A DNA stretch of 64,000 nucleotides from Anaerotignum sp. (GTDB lineage: Bacteria > Bacillota > Clostridia > Lachnospirales > Anaerotignaceae), in NCBI GenBank assembly GCA_020024455.1, contig JAHHTU010000005.1, forward strand, positions 1,460 to 65,459. The letters are read 5' to 3'. The notes beneath the pieces are model-generated. The model was not told the origin of the DNA, made no database searches, and saw only the letters and a list, made by a program, of their open reading frames with translations. The position numbers and the translations under genes are program-made. Positions 48,822 to 58,355 of this stretch are shown here, one piece after another (positions within the stretch are counted from its first letter, which is position 1; the number at the start of each line of letters is the position of its first letter).

Positions 48822-49205
48822 ATGATAGAAATTGTCATTGCAGGCTTTCTTGCCGGTATCATCAGCGGTATGGGGATTGGCGGCGGGACACTGCTCATTC
48901 CTGCACTCTTATTTTTTACCGATTTGACACAGCAACAAGCCCAAGGCGTCAATCTATTATTCTTTCTACCCACTGCCCTCATTGCATTGTATACCCATAT
49001 CAAAAACAAAAACGTAGAAACCAAAACCGCAAAGCCTTTGATTTGGACAGGGCTTTTGGGAGCTTTATGCGGTTCTCTGCTAGCTGTGTTTTTGCAACCG
49101 CAAATACTGCGAAAAGTATTTGCCGGATTTTTATTTGTCATGGGACTGACCGAAGTTTTCCACAAGAAAACGAACCAAAAAAAGGAGGACGGACATGGAG
49201 TATAA
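48822..49205 (+). CDS. TauE/SafE-family half-size membrane protein
   Basis: GIISGMGIGGGTLLIP and QAQGVNLLFFLPTA motifs. Confidence 0.88.
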   Translation: MIEIVIAGFLAGIISGMGIGGGTLLIPALLFFTDLTQQQAQGVNLLFFLPTALIALYTHIKNKNVETKTAKPLIWTGLLGALCGSLLAVFLQPQILRKVFAGFLFVMGLTEVFHKKTNQKKEDGHGV

Positions 49206-49365
49206 GGCATTTCAGGCTTTGAAAGAAAAATTTGCAAAAGCCAATATAGACGAAAAAATTGCATTATATGTCAATACACCCGATTTGCAAAAAGACCAAT
49301 ATCGAGAATTGTTGCAAATGTATCCAAAAGATAAATTCAATCTGCTGGACCAAGCATTATGGTAA
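49195..49365 (+). CDS. Small hypothetical protein (56 aa), absent from the ORF track
   Basis: aaggagg RBS then ATG; MEYKAFQALKEKFAKANIDEKIALYVNTPDLQKDQYRELLQMYPKDKFNLLDQALW*; followed by a terminator. Confidence 0.8.
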   Translation: MEYKAFQALKEKFAKANIDEKIALYVNTPDLQKDQYRELLQMYPKDKFNLLDQALW

Positions 49366-49371
49366 TACAAA

Positions 49372-49398
49372 GAAAAAGGGACAATGTCCCTTTTTTTA
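49372..49398 (+). terminator. Intrinsic terminator
   Basis: aaaaagggac-aat-gtcccttttt. Confidence 0.75.
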
Positions 49399-49506
49399 TT
49401 TTGCCTGTTTGCATTTGGAATACATAACATATTTCCATTTACATGAATATCTGCTATAATAAATGCCATAATAAACCATATCGGACTGGAAACGAGGTGC
49501 AAAAGT

Positions 49507-49809
49507 ATGCAATGTATCGAAGATTTATATGTTGGGCAATCCGTATCGGATTTGGGTACGGTGTTATATAGCCTGCGTCGGAATATCCCCGTCATTCGTC
49601 TATATTGCATTGCATGGTTTCCTGCACAAAATCGTATGGTATTATTATCCACAAAAGAGCTGTTTTGCGGCAGATATGACAAACAAAATCCCATCATTGC
49701 AGGCATTGCCATGGGCAAACAGGAATGTATTGACGTGCTTTGTTATATGTTGGAACAAACGGCAACAGCCAATCGGGACATCACAGACCCCAAAATGTGG
49801 ATATTATAA
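49507..49809 (+). CDS. Conserved hypothetical protein (100 aa)
   Basis: gaggtg RBS; first gene of the ytfI-gerW cluster. Confidence 0.7.
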   Translation: MQCIEDLYVGQSVSDLGTVLYSLRRNIPVIRLYCIAWFPAQNRMVLLSTKELFCGRYDKQNPIIAGIAMGKQECIDVLCYMLEQTATANRDITDPKMWIL

Positions 49810-49821
49810 AAAGAGGGAGCG

Positions 49822-50772
49822 TTGGTAGCATTGTTCGCAATGATATTGTTTTTACTCAAATGCATAGGGATATTGCTACTGGCAATCATCGGCATACTGT
49901 TGCTGATTGTTTTGACCATTTTGCTCTCTCCCATACGATATGAGGCAAATGGCGAAAAAACGGACAAACTGCGTGGCAATTTTCGTGTTCGATGGCTATT
50001 CGGGTTGGTATCTGTATCCGGCGTATTCCAAGAGGGAAATGAAACTCTCACTTTGGATATTTGCATATGCGGCAAGTCCTTGACACAAAATAGCCGAAAA
50101 AAGAAACCGAAAAAGAAAAAACAATCTGATGTTTTATATAGTAGAGAATCGCAAAAACCAAGCACACAAACAGAACCAAAACCCGCAACACAAATACAAC
50201 CACCCAAACCAAAAACAGAAAAAACACAAATAGAAATCAAACCCGAGACACCACAAAAAAAAGAAGGCATTCGGCGTGTCAAACTGGAACAAATACAAGA
50301 AACACCTCCACCGGACACACCCAAACAGAAAACAGAGCCTACCGTATCTGCTGTATCGGACGACACAGCAACCGATACCCCCCAAGCAGAAAAAACATGG
50401 AAACAATGGGTAAAAAAGATTTGGGCATATGACCAAAAAAAAGCAACTGTAAAAGCCATTTGGCATTTTGTCAAAGGCATCACAAAAACCATATTGCCAA
50501 ACCATTTTTATTTTCAAGGCACATTCGGAACGGGTGACCCCGCACAAACAGGGTACTTATTGGCAATGGCAAGCATATGGAAAGCAAAATTCGGAGAAAA
50601 CTTACAAATCAAAGGCGATTTTGCAAAGGCAACCGCCCAAGATATCATATTTCGATGCAAAGGTCGTATTGTGTTAGGATATTTGGCATATCTAACCGCC
50701 AGATTTGCATTGGCAAAGCCGATACGGCAAATCATCAAATCGTTATGGAAAGGAAGAACACAAAATGGGTAA
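49822..50772 (+). CDS. DUF2953-domain protein (YtfI-like) with a long Lys/Pro/Glu-rich linker
   Basis: N-terminal TM anchor, PIRY, WLFG and FGTGDPAQTG motifs; directly upstream of gerW; start uncertain. Confidence 0.85.
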   Translation: MVALFAMILFLLKCIGILLLAIIGILLLIVLTILLSPIRYEANGEKTDKLRGNFRVRWLFGLVSVSGVFQEGNETLTLDICICGKSLTQNSRKKKPKKKKQSDVLYSRESQKPSTQTEPKPATQIQPPKPKTEKTQIEIKPETPQKKEGIRRVKLEQIQETPPPDTPKQKTEPTVSAVSDDTATDTPQAEKTWKQWVKKIWAYDQKKATVKAIWHFVKGITKTILPNHFYFQGTFGTGDPAQTGYLLAMASIWKAKFGENLQIKGDFAKATAQDIIFRCKGRIVLGYLAYLTARFALAKPIRQIIKSLWKGRTQNG

Positions 50773-51166
50773 AGAATTTGACGCTTCATTAGATGTATTA
50801 TTTGGAAAAGTAGACGAATTGGTATCCACAAAAACCGTTGTCGGCGATGCCATTGTCATTGGCGACATCACATTATTACCGCTCATTGAGGTGGGCGTTG
50901 GTGTTGGTTTGGGTGGCAAAGACGACGGCGGTTCTGCCGGCGGTATGGGTGCAAAAATCACACCTGCCGCAGTGCTTGCCATACAAAACGGCAGCGTGCA
51001 ACTGATTAACATGAAAAATCAGGATGCTGTCAGCAAATTGATTGATATGGCACCGAATATCGCAACAAAACTGAATTTTGGTGCTGTATTTGGCAAAAAA
51101 GAAAAAGCAGAACCCGAAAAAGAAACATCTGTAAAATTTGAGGAAGAATTGGTTGTGGAAGAGTAA
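50765..51166 (+). CDS. gerW: Spore protein GerW/YtfJ family
   Basis: TKTVVGD.I.IGD.TLLPL.EV.VG.G.GG...GGMGAKITP.AVL motif. Confidence 0.9.
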   Translation: MGKEFDASLDVLFGKVDELVSTKTVVGDAIVIGDITLLPLIEVGVGVGLGGKDDGGSAGGMGAKITPAAVLAIQNGSVQLINMKNQDAVSKLIDMAPNIATKLNFGAVFGKKEKAEPEKETSVKFEEELVVEE

Positions 51167-51184
51167 ACGAAATGGGAGGCACCC

Positions 51185-52378
51185 ATGAAAACATTGATTG
51201 CATATTACGACAAAGATGTATTGAAAAACATTATGGGCGTTTTGACATTACGCCCTGACAAAGCCATTTTCTTATATGACAGCGGCATGGAAGACTTAAC
51301 CGTTTTTCGTGCTTTACATACTTGTTTCAAAAGACATATCCCCCATATCCAAGTAGAACATTATCCGGTTGATATTTTATCCATGGATAAAATTTATCAA
51401 CGTACCTGTCAAATCATCAAACATAACGGAAACTGTGACTTGGAATTGACAGGTGGTAGCGAATTGATGGTCATTGCAGGATTTCGTGCAGGCATGGAAA
51501 TGGGTGCAAGGGTGTTGCATACCGATTTGGTACATAGTCAAATCACAGACCTTTTGACAGATGAGGCTGTTGCCACGACAACCACACTTTCTTTGGAGGA
51601 CTTTGTGGACGCAAGAGGGGCTTGCTTTATCGGAGAATCCCATAGACCACCTGCACCCTCCCGTTACCAAGCCATTTGGGATATGGCACGCTATTTGTTC
51701 ACCCATTTGGAAGATTGGAAACACACTTGCAGTTTTTTGCAAACCGTTGCCGCCAGATATTTGCCACATGAGCTTTATATGGAGAGCAAAGCAACCATCT
51801 ATATGAAAAATGGCAAAAAAACCACTGCCGACAAAGCCATATTGCAAGAGTTCCAAAGACTGGGTTTTATCAAACATTTGGTCATGGACGGGGAACGTGT
51901 CAAATTTTCTTATTGCTCTGTGCAAGACAGACAATATTGTATCGGATATGGCGTTTGGCTGGAATTATATGTCTATATTGCCGCACAACGCTCCGGACGC
52001 TTTGATGACGTAAAGCTGGGGACAATGATTGACTGGAATGCTTACGACGGTGTCACTGTTGCAGGCAATGAAATTGACGTTATTTTAATGGAACAGTCTT
52101 TGCCTGTGTTCATTTCCTGCAAATTACGCAGTGCTGACACTGCCGCTTTGAATGAATTGCTCATTGCAAAAAAACGTCTGGGTGGGTGGTTCTCCAAAGG
52201 CGTCATTGTCACATTTGGCAGAGAAAAAACAGATAAAACAGGCACATATCAACGTGCCAAAGAATTGGGCATCACATTGTTAGATGCTACCGATATTTTA
52301 TCCAATGATTTTGAAAAGCGACTTGTGCGTGCCATTCGGGAGCATGACTTGGTTAGCCTGAAATGGAAAAAAATATAA
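51185..52378 (+). CDS. Card1/DUF1887-like protein: CARF domain plus PD-(D/E)xK-type nuclease
   Basis: Rossmann-like CARF N-terminus (N...RPDKAIFL, LELTGGS..M); C-terminal GVWLELYV and NEIDV...FISCK; gggagg RBS. Confidence 0.85.
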   Translation: MKTLIAYYDKDVLKNIMGVLTLRPDKAIFLYDSGMEDLTVFRALHTCFKRHIPHIQVEHYPVDILSMDKIYQRTCQIIKHNGNCDLELTGGSELMVIAGFRAGMEMGARVLHTDLVHSQITDLLTDEAVATTTTLSLEDFVDARGACFIGESHRPPAPSRYQAIWDMARYLFTHLEDWKHTCSFLQTVAARYLPHELYMESKATIYMKNGKKTTADKAILQEFQRLGFIKHLVMDGERVKFSYCSVQDRQYCIGYGVWLELYVYIAAQRSGRFDDVKLGTMIDWNAYDGVTVAGNEIDVILMEQSLPVFISCKLRSADTAALNELLIAKKRLGGWFSKGVIVTFGREKTDKTGTYQRAKELGITLLDATDILSNDFEKRLVRAIREHDLVSLKWKKI

Positions 52379-52394
52379 GAAAGGACTTGACTTT

Positions 52395-52991
52395 GTGGCA
52401 AAAAAGAAAAACCGCAATACCAAAAGCAAAATTATTGCGGCAGCATGGAAATTATTTTATGAACAAGGATATGACGACACCACCGTCGAAGAAATTGTAG
52501 AGGCATCGAACACCTCCAAAGGTTCATTTTATCATTATTTCAATGGTAAAGATGCTCTGCTTGGTTCATTGTCCGAATTGTTTGACGATAAATATACAGA
52601 GCTTATCCCCACATTAAACGAGGATATGGACAGCTTTGACAAATTGCTGTATCTCAACAAAGAGTTGTTTCGTATGATTGATGACAGTATTTCTCTGGAT
52701 TTGTTGGCACGATTATATTCTTCTCAGCTGATTACAAACGGAGAGCGGCATTTGTTAGACCATAACCGTGTGTATTATAAGCTGTTACGCCAAATCATAT
52801 CGCAGGGGCAACAAAAAGGAGAATTGCGTGATGATATTTCCATCAATGAATTGGTCAAAACATACGCACTGTGCGAGCGTGCATTGATTTATGACTGGTG
52901 TTTGTGCAACGGAGAATATGCACTCAGCCGATATGCAGGAGAAATGATGCCACGATTTTTGAGTGGATTTCGTAATCCTGATACAGAATAA
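52395..52991 (+). CDS. TetR/AcrR-family transcriptional regulator
   Basis: AAWKLFYEQGYDDTTVEEI...SKGSFYHYF.GKD HTH. Confidence 0.94.
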   Translation: MAKKKNRNTKSKIIAAAWKLFYEQGYDDTTVEEIVEASNTSKGSFYHYFNGKDALLGSLSELFDDKYTELIPTLNEDMDSFDKLLYLNKELFRMIDDSISLDLLARLYSSQLITNGERHLLDHNRVYYKLLRQIISQGQQKGELRDDISINELVKTYALCERALIYDWCLCNGEYALSRYAGEMMPRFLSGFRNPDTE

Positions 52992-52994
52992 ACA

Positions 52995-53030
52995 TAAAAA
53001 AGGACTTTTTGATAAAGTTCTTTTTTATTT
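52995..53030 (+). terminator. Terminator after tetR
   Basis: aaaaaaggacttt-loop-aaagttcttttt. Confidence 0.65.
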
Positions 53031-53142
53031 TCACAAAAAAATGTTTTAGATATAATTTTTAATCAAATTTTATTATCAATAATCGTATTGCTTATTTGAT
53101 TGATTATTTCAATATTTTTTATGATATTTGATATATTTTATA

Positions 53143-53199
53143 TAGAATATAGTCTAAACTTTATTCTGTGTTTTAGTCTAATTTGATTTGTGGTATACT
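53143..53199 (+). promoter_or_regulatory. Candidate operator and extended -10 promoter of putP
   Basis: Palindrome TAGAATATAGTCTA (53143-53156), repeated half-site TAGTCTA (53174-53180) and TGgTATACT (53191-53199). Confidence 0.45.
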
Positions 53200-53233
53200 G
53201 TCAACAATATGCAACAGAAAGGACTGAAACAAA

Positions 53234-54787
53234 ATGTTTTCATTTTCATCAGAAGTATGTATCATGATTGCAATCGCTATTTATTTGATTGCAATGCTTG
53301 CAGTTGGGATTTACTGCTCCAAGCACAACAACAATGTAGATGACTTTTATTTAGGCGGCAGAAAATTAGGGCCGTTTGTGACTGCCATGAGTGCAGAAGC
53401 CTCTGATATGAGTAGCTGGCTGTTGATGGGTTTACCCGGTGTCGCATATTTGACAGGGGTTGCCGATGCAGCTTGGACAGCAATCGGGCTGGCAATCGGT
53501 ACGTATTTGAACTGGCTGATTATTGCCAAACGTATTCGTATTTATTCTCATGTGGCAGATAACTCTATCACCGTACCCGATTTCTTTTCCAGAAGATATC
53601 GTGATGACAAAAATATATTGATGTGTATTTCTGCCATATTGATTATTGTATTTTTTATCCCTTATACTGCCTCCGGATTTGCAGCTTGCGGGAAATTATT
53701 CAGCAGCTTATTTGGTGTCAATTATATGGCTGCTATGATTATCAGTGCTGTTGTCATTGTGGGTTACACTGCAACAGGCGGCTTCTTGGCAGCCAGTGCC
53801 ACAGATTTAATCCAAAGTATTTTTATGACCGTTGCATTGATTATCATATTGTTATTTGGTATCAAAGTTGGTGGTGGTTGGGATTTGATTGTGAGCGATG
53901 TACAATCTATCCCTGGATACTTGAATATGACAGAAACATATAGTGTGGTAACCGGCACAGCAGAACCTTACAGCACACTGAAAATTGTGTCTGTATTGGC
54001 TTGGGGGCTTGGTTATTGTGGTATGCCACATATTTTATTGCGTTTTATGGCAATCGAAGATAAAGAAAAATTGGCGTTGTCCCGTCGTGTCGCAACCATC
54101 TGGGTGGTTATCTCTATGATGATTGCGGTTTTGATTGGGATTGTCGGTTATGCCATGACAAAAGCCGGTGCAGTACCTTTTCTGGAAGGGCCTGCATCTG
54201 AAACCATCATCGTCAGAATTGCCCACTTGTTAAGCAAAGAAGGCGTTTTGATGGCATTCTTGGCAGGGATTATATTGGCAGGGATATTGGCAGCGACCAT
54301 GTCCACCGCAGACTCTCAGCTTTTGGCGGCATCTTCCAGTGTATCCCAAAACTTAATTCGTGGATTTTTTAAAGTACAAATTTCCGAAAAAACAGCCATG
54401 TTGATTGCAAGAATTACCGTTGTTGTCATTTCTATCATTTCCATCTTCTTGGCAAGAGACCCCAACAGCTCTGTATTTGGTATTGTATCTTTTGCATGGG
54501 CAGGCTTTGGGGCGGCATTCGGCCCTGTGGTGGTTTGTGCATTGTTCTGGAAACGCTCCAACAAATATGGTGCTTTGGCAAGTATGTTGGTCGGTGGTGT
54601 GATGGTATTTGTTTGGAAATATATCATTGCTCCAAAGGGTGGTGCATTTGGTATTTATGAATTATTGCCTGCATTTGTTGCGGCTTGCATTGCCAATGTG
54701 ATTGTCAGCTTGGCAACACCTGCACCTTCTGCGGAAATTGTTTCCGAATTTGAGCTGGTGCAAAAATTATATAAAGAAAAAGCATAA
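53234..54787 (+). CDS. putP: Sodium/proline symporter
   Basis: DFYLGGR.LGP.VTAMSAEASDMSSWLLMGLPG, WGLGY.GMPHILLRFMA, MSTADSQLL and AWAGFGAAFGP motifs. Confidence 0.94.
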   Translation: MFSFSSEVCIMIAIAIYLIAMLAVGIYCSKHNNNVDDFYLGGRKLGPFVTAMSAEASDMSSWLLMGLPGVAYLTGVADAAWTAIGLAIGTYLNWLIIAKRIRIYSHVADNSITVPDFFSRRYRDDKNILMCISAILIIVFFIPYTASGFAACGKLFSSLFGVNYMAAMIISAVVIVGYTATGGFLAASATDLIQSIFMTVALIIILLFGIKVGGGWDLIVSDVQSIPGYLNMTETYSVVTGTAEPYSTLKIVSVLAWGLGYCGMPHILLRFMAIEDKEKLALSRRVATIWVVISMMIAVLIGIVGYAMTKAGAVPFLEGPASETIIVRIAHLLSKEGVLMAFLAGIILAGILAATMSTADSQLLAASSSVSQNLIRGFFKVQISEKTAMLIARITVVVISIISIFLARDPNSSVFGIVSFAWAGFGAAFGPVVVCALFWKRSNKYGALASMLVGGVMVFVWKYIIAPKGGAFGIYELLPAFVAACIANVIVSLATPAPSAEIVSEFELVQKLYKEKA

Positions 54788-54820
54788 CATGGGTTTGCTT
54801 TTGGGGGTACATCATCAAAC

Positions 54821-54859
54821 AAAAAAGAGAGGAGATATTCACATATCTCCTCTCTTTTT
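54821..54859. terminator. Bidirectional terminator between putP and recR
   Basis: aaaaagagaggagatat-tcac-atatctcctctcttttt. Confidence 0.85.
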
Positions 54860-55454
54860 ATAATTCCCGTCTGCCTTCCAAGGCACGGGATAATGTGATT
54901 TCGTCCACATATTCCAAATCGCCGCCCACAGGCACACCATTTGCAATGCGTGTCACTTTGACACCCAAAGGTTTCAATAAACGGCTGATATACATTGCCG
55001 TTGCCTCGCCCTCTACATTCGGATTGGTTGCCAATATCACCTCTTGGACATCTTCCGTCATACGTGCGACCAATTCTTTGATATGAATATCAGACGGTGT
55101 TACGCCTGTCATGGGAGAAATTGCTCCATGCAACACATGATACACCCCATGGTATTGTTTTGTGCGTTCATACGCTGCCATATCTCTGGGGTCCTCCACC
55201 ACCATAATGGTGGTATGGTCTCGTTTGCCGTTTTCACATATCGGACAGGGGTCTTCGTCTGTCAAATTGCAGCAAACAGAGCAATATTTGACTTCCTGCT
55301 TTGCTTCTAATATCGCATTTGCCAATGTTTCCACTTTGTCCGGTGGCATATGAATGATATGAAACGCCAAACGCTGTGCAGACTTGCCACCAATCCCCGG
55401 CAGACTTGCCAACTGCTCAATCAATTTTGTAATGGGATTGCCATAATAATTCAT
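54858..55454 (-). CDS. recR: Recombination protein RecR
   Basis: [12 protein letters not shown] HhH, C4 zinc finger, Toprim [15 protein letters not shown] and GGDLEY.D motifs. Confidence 0.97.
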   Translation of the reverse strand: MNYYGNPITKLIEQLASLPGIGGKSAQRLAFHIIHMPPDKVETLANAILEAKQEVKYCSVCCNLTDEDPCPICENGKRDHTTIMVVEDPRDMAAYERTKQYHGVYHVLHGAISPMTGVTPSDIHIKELVARMTEDVQEVILATNPNVEGEATAMYISRLLKPLGVKVTRIANGVPVGGDLEYVDEITLSRALEGRREL

Positions 55455-55472
55455 CAATATCCCCTCTTGTGA

Positions 55473-55808
55473 TTAGAATAAACCGCCCATACCACCGGTC
55501 AATTTCCCCATTGCATTGTTATACATTTCATCTGCCTGACGAATAGCTTCATTGACCGCAGACAAAATCAAATCTTCCAACATTTCCACATCATCGGGGT
55601 CTACCACATCTGGATTGATTTTCAATTCTTTGATTTCTTTTTTACCGGAAATCACAACTTTGACAGCACCGCCGCCGCTTGTCATTTCCAATGTTTTGTC
55701 ATTGAGTTCTTCCTGCATTTCCACCATTTGTTTTTGCATTTTCTGTGCTTGTTTCATTAGGTTGTTCATGTTCATACCGCCCATGCCGCCAAATCCACCT
55801 TTTGCCAT
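55473..55808 (-). CDS. ybaB: YbaB/EbfC nucleoid-associated protein
   Basis: [16 protein letters not shown] and [10 protein letters not shown] motifs; between dnaX and recR. Confidence 0.96.
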   Translation of the reverse strand: MAKGGFGGMGGMNMNNLMKQAQKMQKQMVEMQEELNDKTLEMTSGGGAVKVVISGKKEIKELKINPDVVDPDDVEMLEDLILSAVNEAIRQADEMYNNAMGKLTGGMGGLF

Positions 55809-55889
55809 ATTGTATAACCTCCTAAAAGTATATTTTTATTGTGATTCTTTTCTATTTTATATAAAACTTGCCATTCCCGCAAGAGGATT

Positions 55890-57488
55890 TTAAGGTTCTA
55901 CATCTGCCTCCGGAAAATAACCTGTCATCAAACTTGCAAATTCGGGGTCTGTCATATCATTTTGTGTTTCATCTTCTTTTCCATACATCATTTCCCGCCA
56001 TTTTTCATACTTCTCTTTGACAATGGTTTCAAATTGGAATGTTTTTCCCATTTTTGTTGCAATGGTTTCTGTGATGGTTTGCAAATGCTTATTGACCATA
56101 TCGGTCAATGCATCATACCCACACACCAAATACACTTTATCATCTTCCTGAAAGCCGATTTCCACTTGAGAAAGTATCCCTTTCAAACTGCCGTCAAAAC
56201 AATCATTGCAAAGCAATTTCCAATTTTTTTGCAAATTTTGTTTATCTTCTTCCAATGCAGGCGGGCGTTTTTTGGGTTTTGGCTGTGATGGCTGTGGCTG
56301 TTGTGCGGCTACCATTTGCACCACAGGCACGCCCTCTGCCACCTTTCTTTCCAACCCTGCCAATCTTGCGGCAAGTGCTGTCATATCTTGGTCTGCCCAT
56401 TGGGAACACAGACGCAATAATTCCACTTCCAATAATATTCTGGGATTGACTGCATATTTGATATCATTTTGCAATGCGGAAAACCGCCCAATCCAATACG
56501 TCAATTCCTCTGCGGAAAGCGTTTGTGCCTGTATTTGCAACCGTTGTGTATTTTCTGCGGATATATCCAAAATCCGTTGCGGTTGTGCCACCGTTGCGGT
56601 GATGAGCAGATTTCGCAAATGTTCCAAAAATTCGGATACAAATTGTTTGACATCTCTCCCGTCCAAAAGCATCTTTTCAATCAATTCCATCGCTTTTTGT
56701 GCATCTTTTTTTGCCAAAGCGTCTGTCATGTCAAAAAATACACTTTTGTCAACTGCACCAACGACTTCCTGCACTTTTTCCAATGTGACTTCTTCCCCAC
56801 TGTAAAACGCCAAACATTGGTCTAAAATGCTCAAAGAATCACGCAAAGAACCATCTGCCAGTTGTGCCACATAATGCAAGGCATCTTTTGTTGCAAACAA
56901 ACCCTCTGTTTCCAAATACCCTGCCAATGTGTTTGCAATATCTTCCGTGGTGATACGGCGAAAATCAAACCGCTGACAACGGGATAATATGGTCACAGGC
57001 ACTTTCTGTGGGTCTGTGGTTGCCAATATAAATATGACGTGTGCAGGTGGTTCTTCCAATGTTTTCAACAATGCATTGAACGCACTGCCCGAGAGCATAT
57101 GCACCTCGTCTATAATAAATACTTTATAAATCCCCTCTGTGGGCGGATATTTGACTTCTTCCCGAATTTCTCTGATATTTTCCACGCTGTTATTCGATGC
57201 TGCATCAATTTCCATCACATTGACACTACGCCCTGCCAAAATTGCCTCACACATACGACATTTGTTACATGGTTCTCCATCTTCTGTCGGGTGCAGACAG
57301 TTGATTGCTCTTGCAAATATTTTTGCAGTTGACGTTTTCCCCGTCCCTCTGGTACCGCAAAACAAATATGCATGAGAAACCCGCTTTGTCTGCATTTGAT
57401 TTTTCAATGTCTTCACAATATGTTCTTGCCCAACCACACCCGAAAATGTATGGGGGCGAAATTTTCGATACAATGCTGTATACGACAT
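55890..57488 (-). CDS. dnaX: DNA polymerase III subunit gamma/tau
   Basis: ALYRKFRP, GTRGTGKTS, EIDAASN, IDEVHML, LKTLEEPP and SRCQRFDF motifs; aaggaggg RBS before ATG 57488. Confidence 0.97.
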   Translation of the reverse strand: MSYTALYRKFRPHTFSGVVGQEHIVKTLKNQMQTKRVSHAYLFCGTRGTGKTSTAKIFARAINCLHPTEDGEPCNKCRMCEAILAGRSVNVMEIDAASNNSVENIREIREEVKYPPTEGIYKVFIIDEVHMLSGSAFNALLKTLEEPPAHVIFILATTDPQKVPVTILSRCQRFDFRRITTEDIANTLAGYLETEGLFATKDALHYVAQLADGSLRDSLSILDQCLAFYSGEEVTLEKVQEVVGAVDKSVFFDMTDALAKKDAQKAMELIEKMLLDGRDVKQFVSEFLEHLRNLLITATVAQPQRILDISAENTQRLQIQAQTLSAEELTYWIGRFSALQNDIKYAVNPRILLEVELLRLCSQWADQDMTALAARLAGLERKVAEGVPVVQMVAAQQPQPSQPKPKKRPPALEEDKQNLQKNWKLLCNDCFDGSLKGILSQVEIGFQEDDKVYLVCGYDALTDMVNKHLQTITETIATKMGKTFQFETIVKEKYEKWREMMYGKEDETQNDMTDPEFASLMTGYFPEADVEP

Positions 57489-57514
57489 GACAACACCCTC
57501 CTTGTCCGTCATAC

Positions 57515-57549
57515 AAAAAAGACGGGAAAGCATACTTTTCCCGTCCTTG
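57515..57549 (-). terminator. Terminator after the SRP RNA gene
   Basis: Minus strand gacgggaaa..tttcccgtc followed by tttttt. Confidence 0.75.
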
Positions 57550-57561
57550 TGTTTTATAGAA

Positions 57562-57830
57562 ATCCGTGCATTTGCTGTTGTCACAGTCAACCATGCGTTA
57601 CCTTGTTCCAAAGCTCCATACAGGCACCCTTGCGACACACGAGAAGTTGACTGCTTAGTGCTGCTGTCTTCCGACCCTGACACGGTTCACAGGCTCCTGT
57701 TGTGCAAGACCTGCACTTCAACACCCCTTCCCAAGGGCAGGCCATATTTGGCTGTGCCGAAAGCAAACGTCACCCCCACTATAGCGGATTGTGGGTGCAG
57801 GGTACCGCTAATCCCCCGGCTAGCACGGAA
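57562..57830 (-). ncRNA. ffs: Large bacterial signal recognition particle RNA
   Basis: Minus strand CCGTGCTAGCCGGGG..TAGCGG Alu domain, GAACCGTGTCAGGGTCGGAAGACAGCAGCACTAAG S domain and 3' GCACGG closing helix; upstream of dnaX. Confidence 0.96.
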
Positions 57831-57855
57831 ATATCAACCGATTTTCATGCTATAT

Positions 57856-57884
57856 AGTATACCGAACAATACCTTTGCTGTCAA
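57856..57884 (-). promoter_or_regulatory. Sigma-A promoter of ffs
   Basis: Minus strand TTGACA-17 nt-TATACT. Confidence 0.8.
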
Positions 57885-58056
57885 CACCAAAAATATGACA
57901 GTGTATACTGTCGGATATACAAACCATTCTTTTTTACAACATGAACTCACGCATCATATGCACGCCCAACAATATGAAAATCAGAAAATATACCTTTTTC
58001 CGTTATGCCTACATATAACATAGAACCGTATCCCATTGCCATACCGCCATAACATA

Positions 58057-58353
58057 CTATTTTCTTTCTTTTTCCCATTTCAAATAATCTGCAATCGCAT
58101 CGTGCAACTCCATAAACGGGTCTTGTTTCAGACCTTTTCCGGTTTGCACATTCACAATATCCATTTTTTGGGCACACGCACCGCCATAGCCGTCAATATA
58201 CGCAAACAAATCTGCCAATACATCATATGTCACTTCATAGAGCAAACTTTCGATATCATCATTTGGTTTATATTTGCTCCATGCAATTTGCACCACGCTT
58301 TCCTGTATGGCAGCCACCTGTTCCAAAAATTGCTTTTGGTCTGCATTTTCCAT
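58057..58353 (-). CDS. Hypothetical protein (98 aa)
   Basis: ATG 2 nt after the tadA stop, with aaggggtg RBS; amphipathic helical pattern. Confidence 0.75.
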   Translation of the reverse strand: MENADQKQFLEQVAAIQESVVQIAWSKYKPNDDIESLLYEVTYDVLADLFAYIDGYGGACAQKMDIVNVQTGKGLKQDPFMELHDAIADYLKWEKERK

Positions 58354-58355
58354 AC

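Noticed and set aside
49400..53230. CRISPR array or cas genes near the Card1-like gene
   Set aside because: No repeat-spacer pattern or cas ORF is visible here or elsewhere in the window
56255..56300. Programmed -1 frameshift in dnaX (gamma/tau)
   Set aside because: The A-run CCC AAA AAA CGC is not an in-frame X XXY YYZ heptamer, and no stimulatory hairpin is evident
57489..58023. DnaX extension and a 178-aa plus-strand ORF
   Set aside because: Both overlap the SRP RNA gene and have no protein motifs
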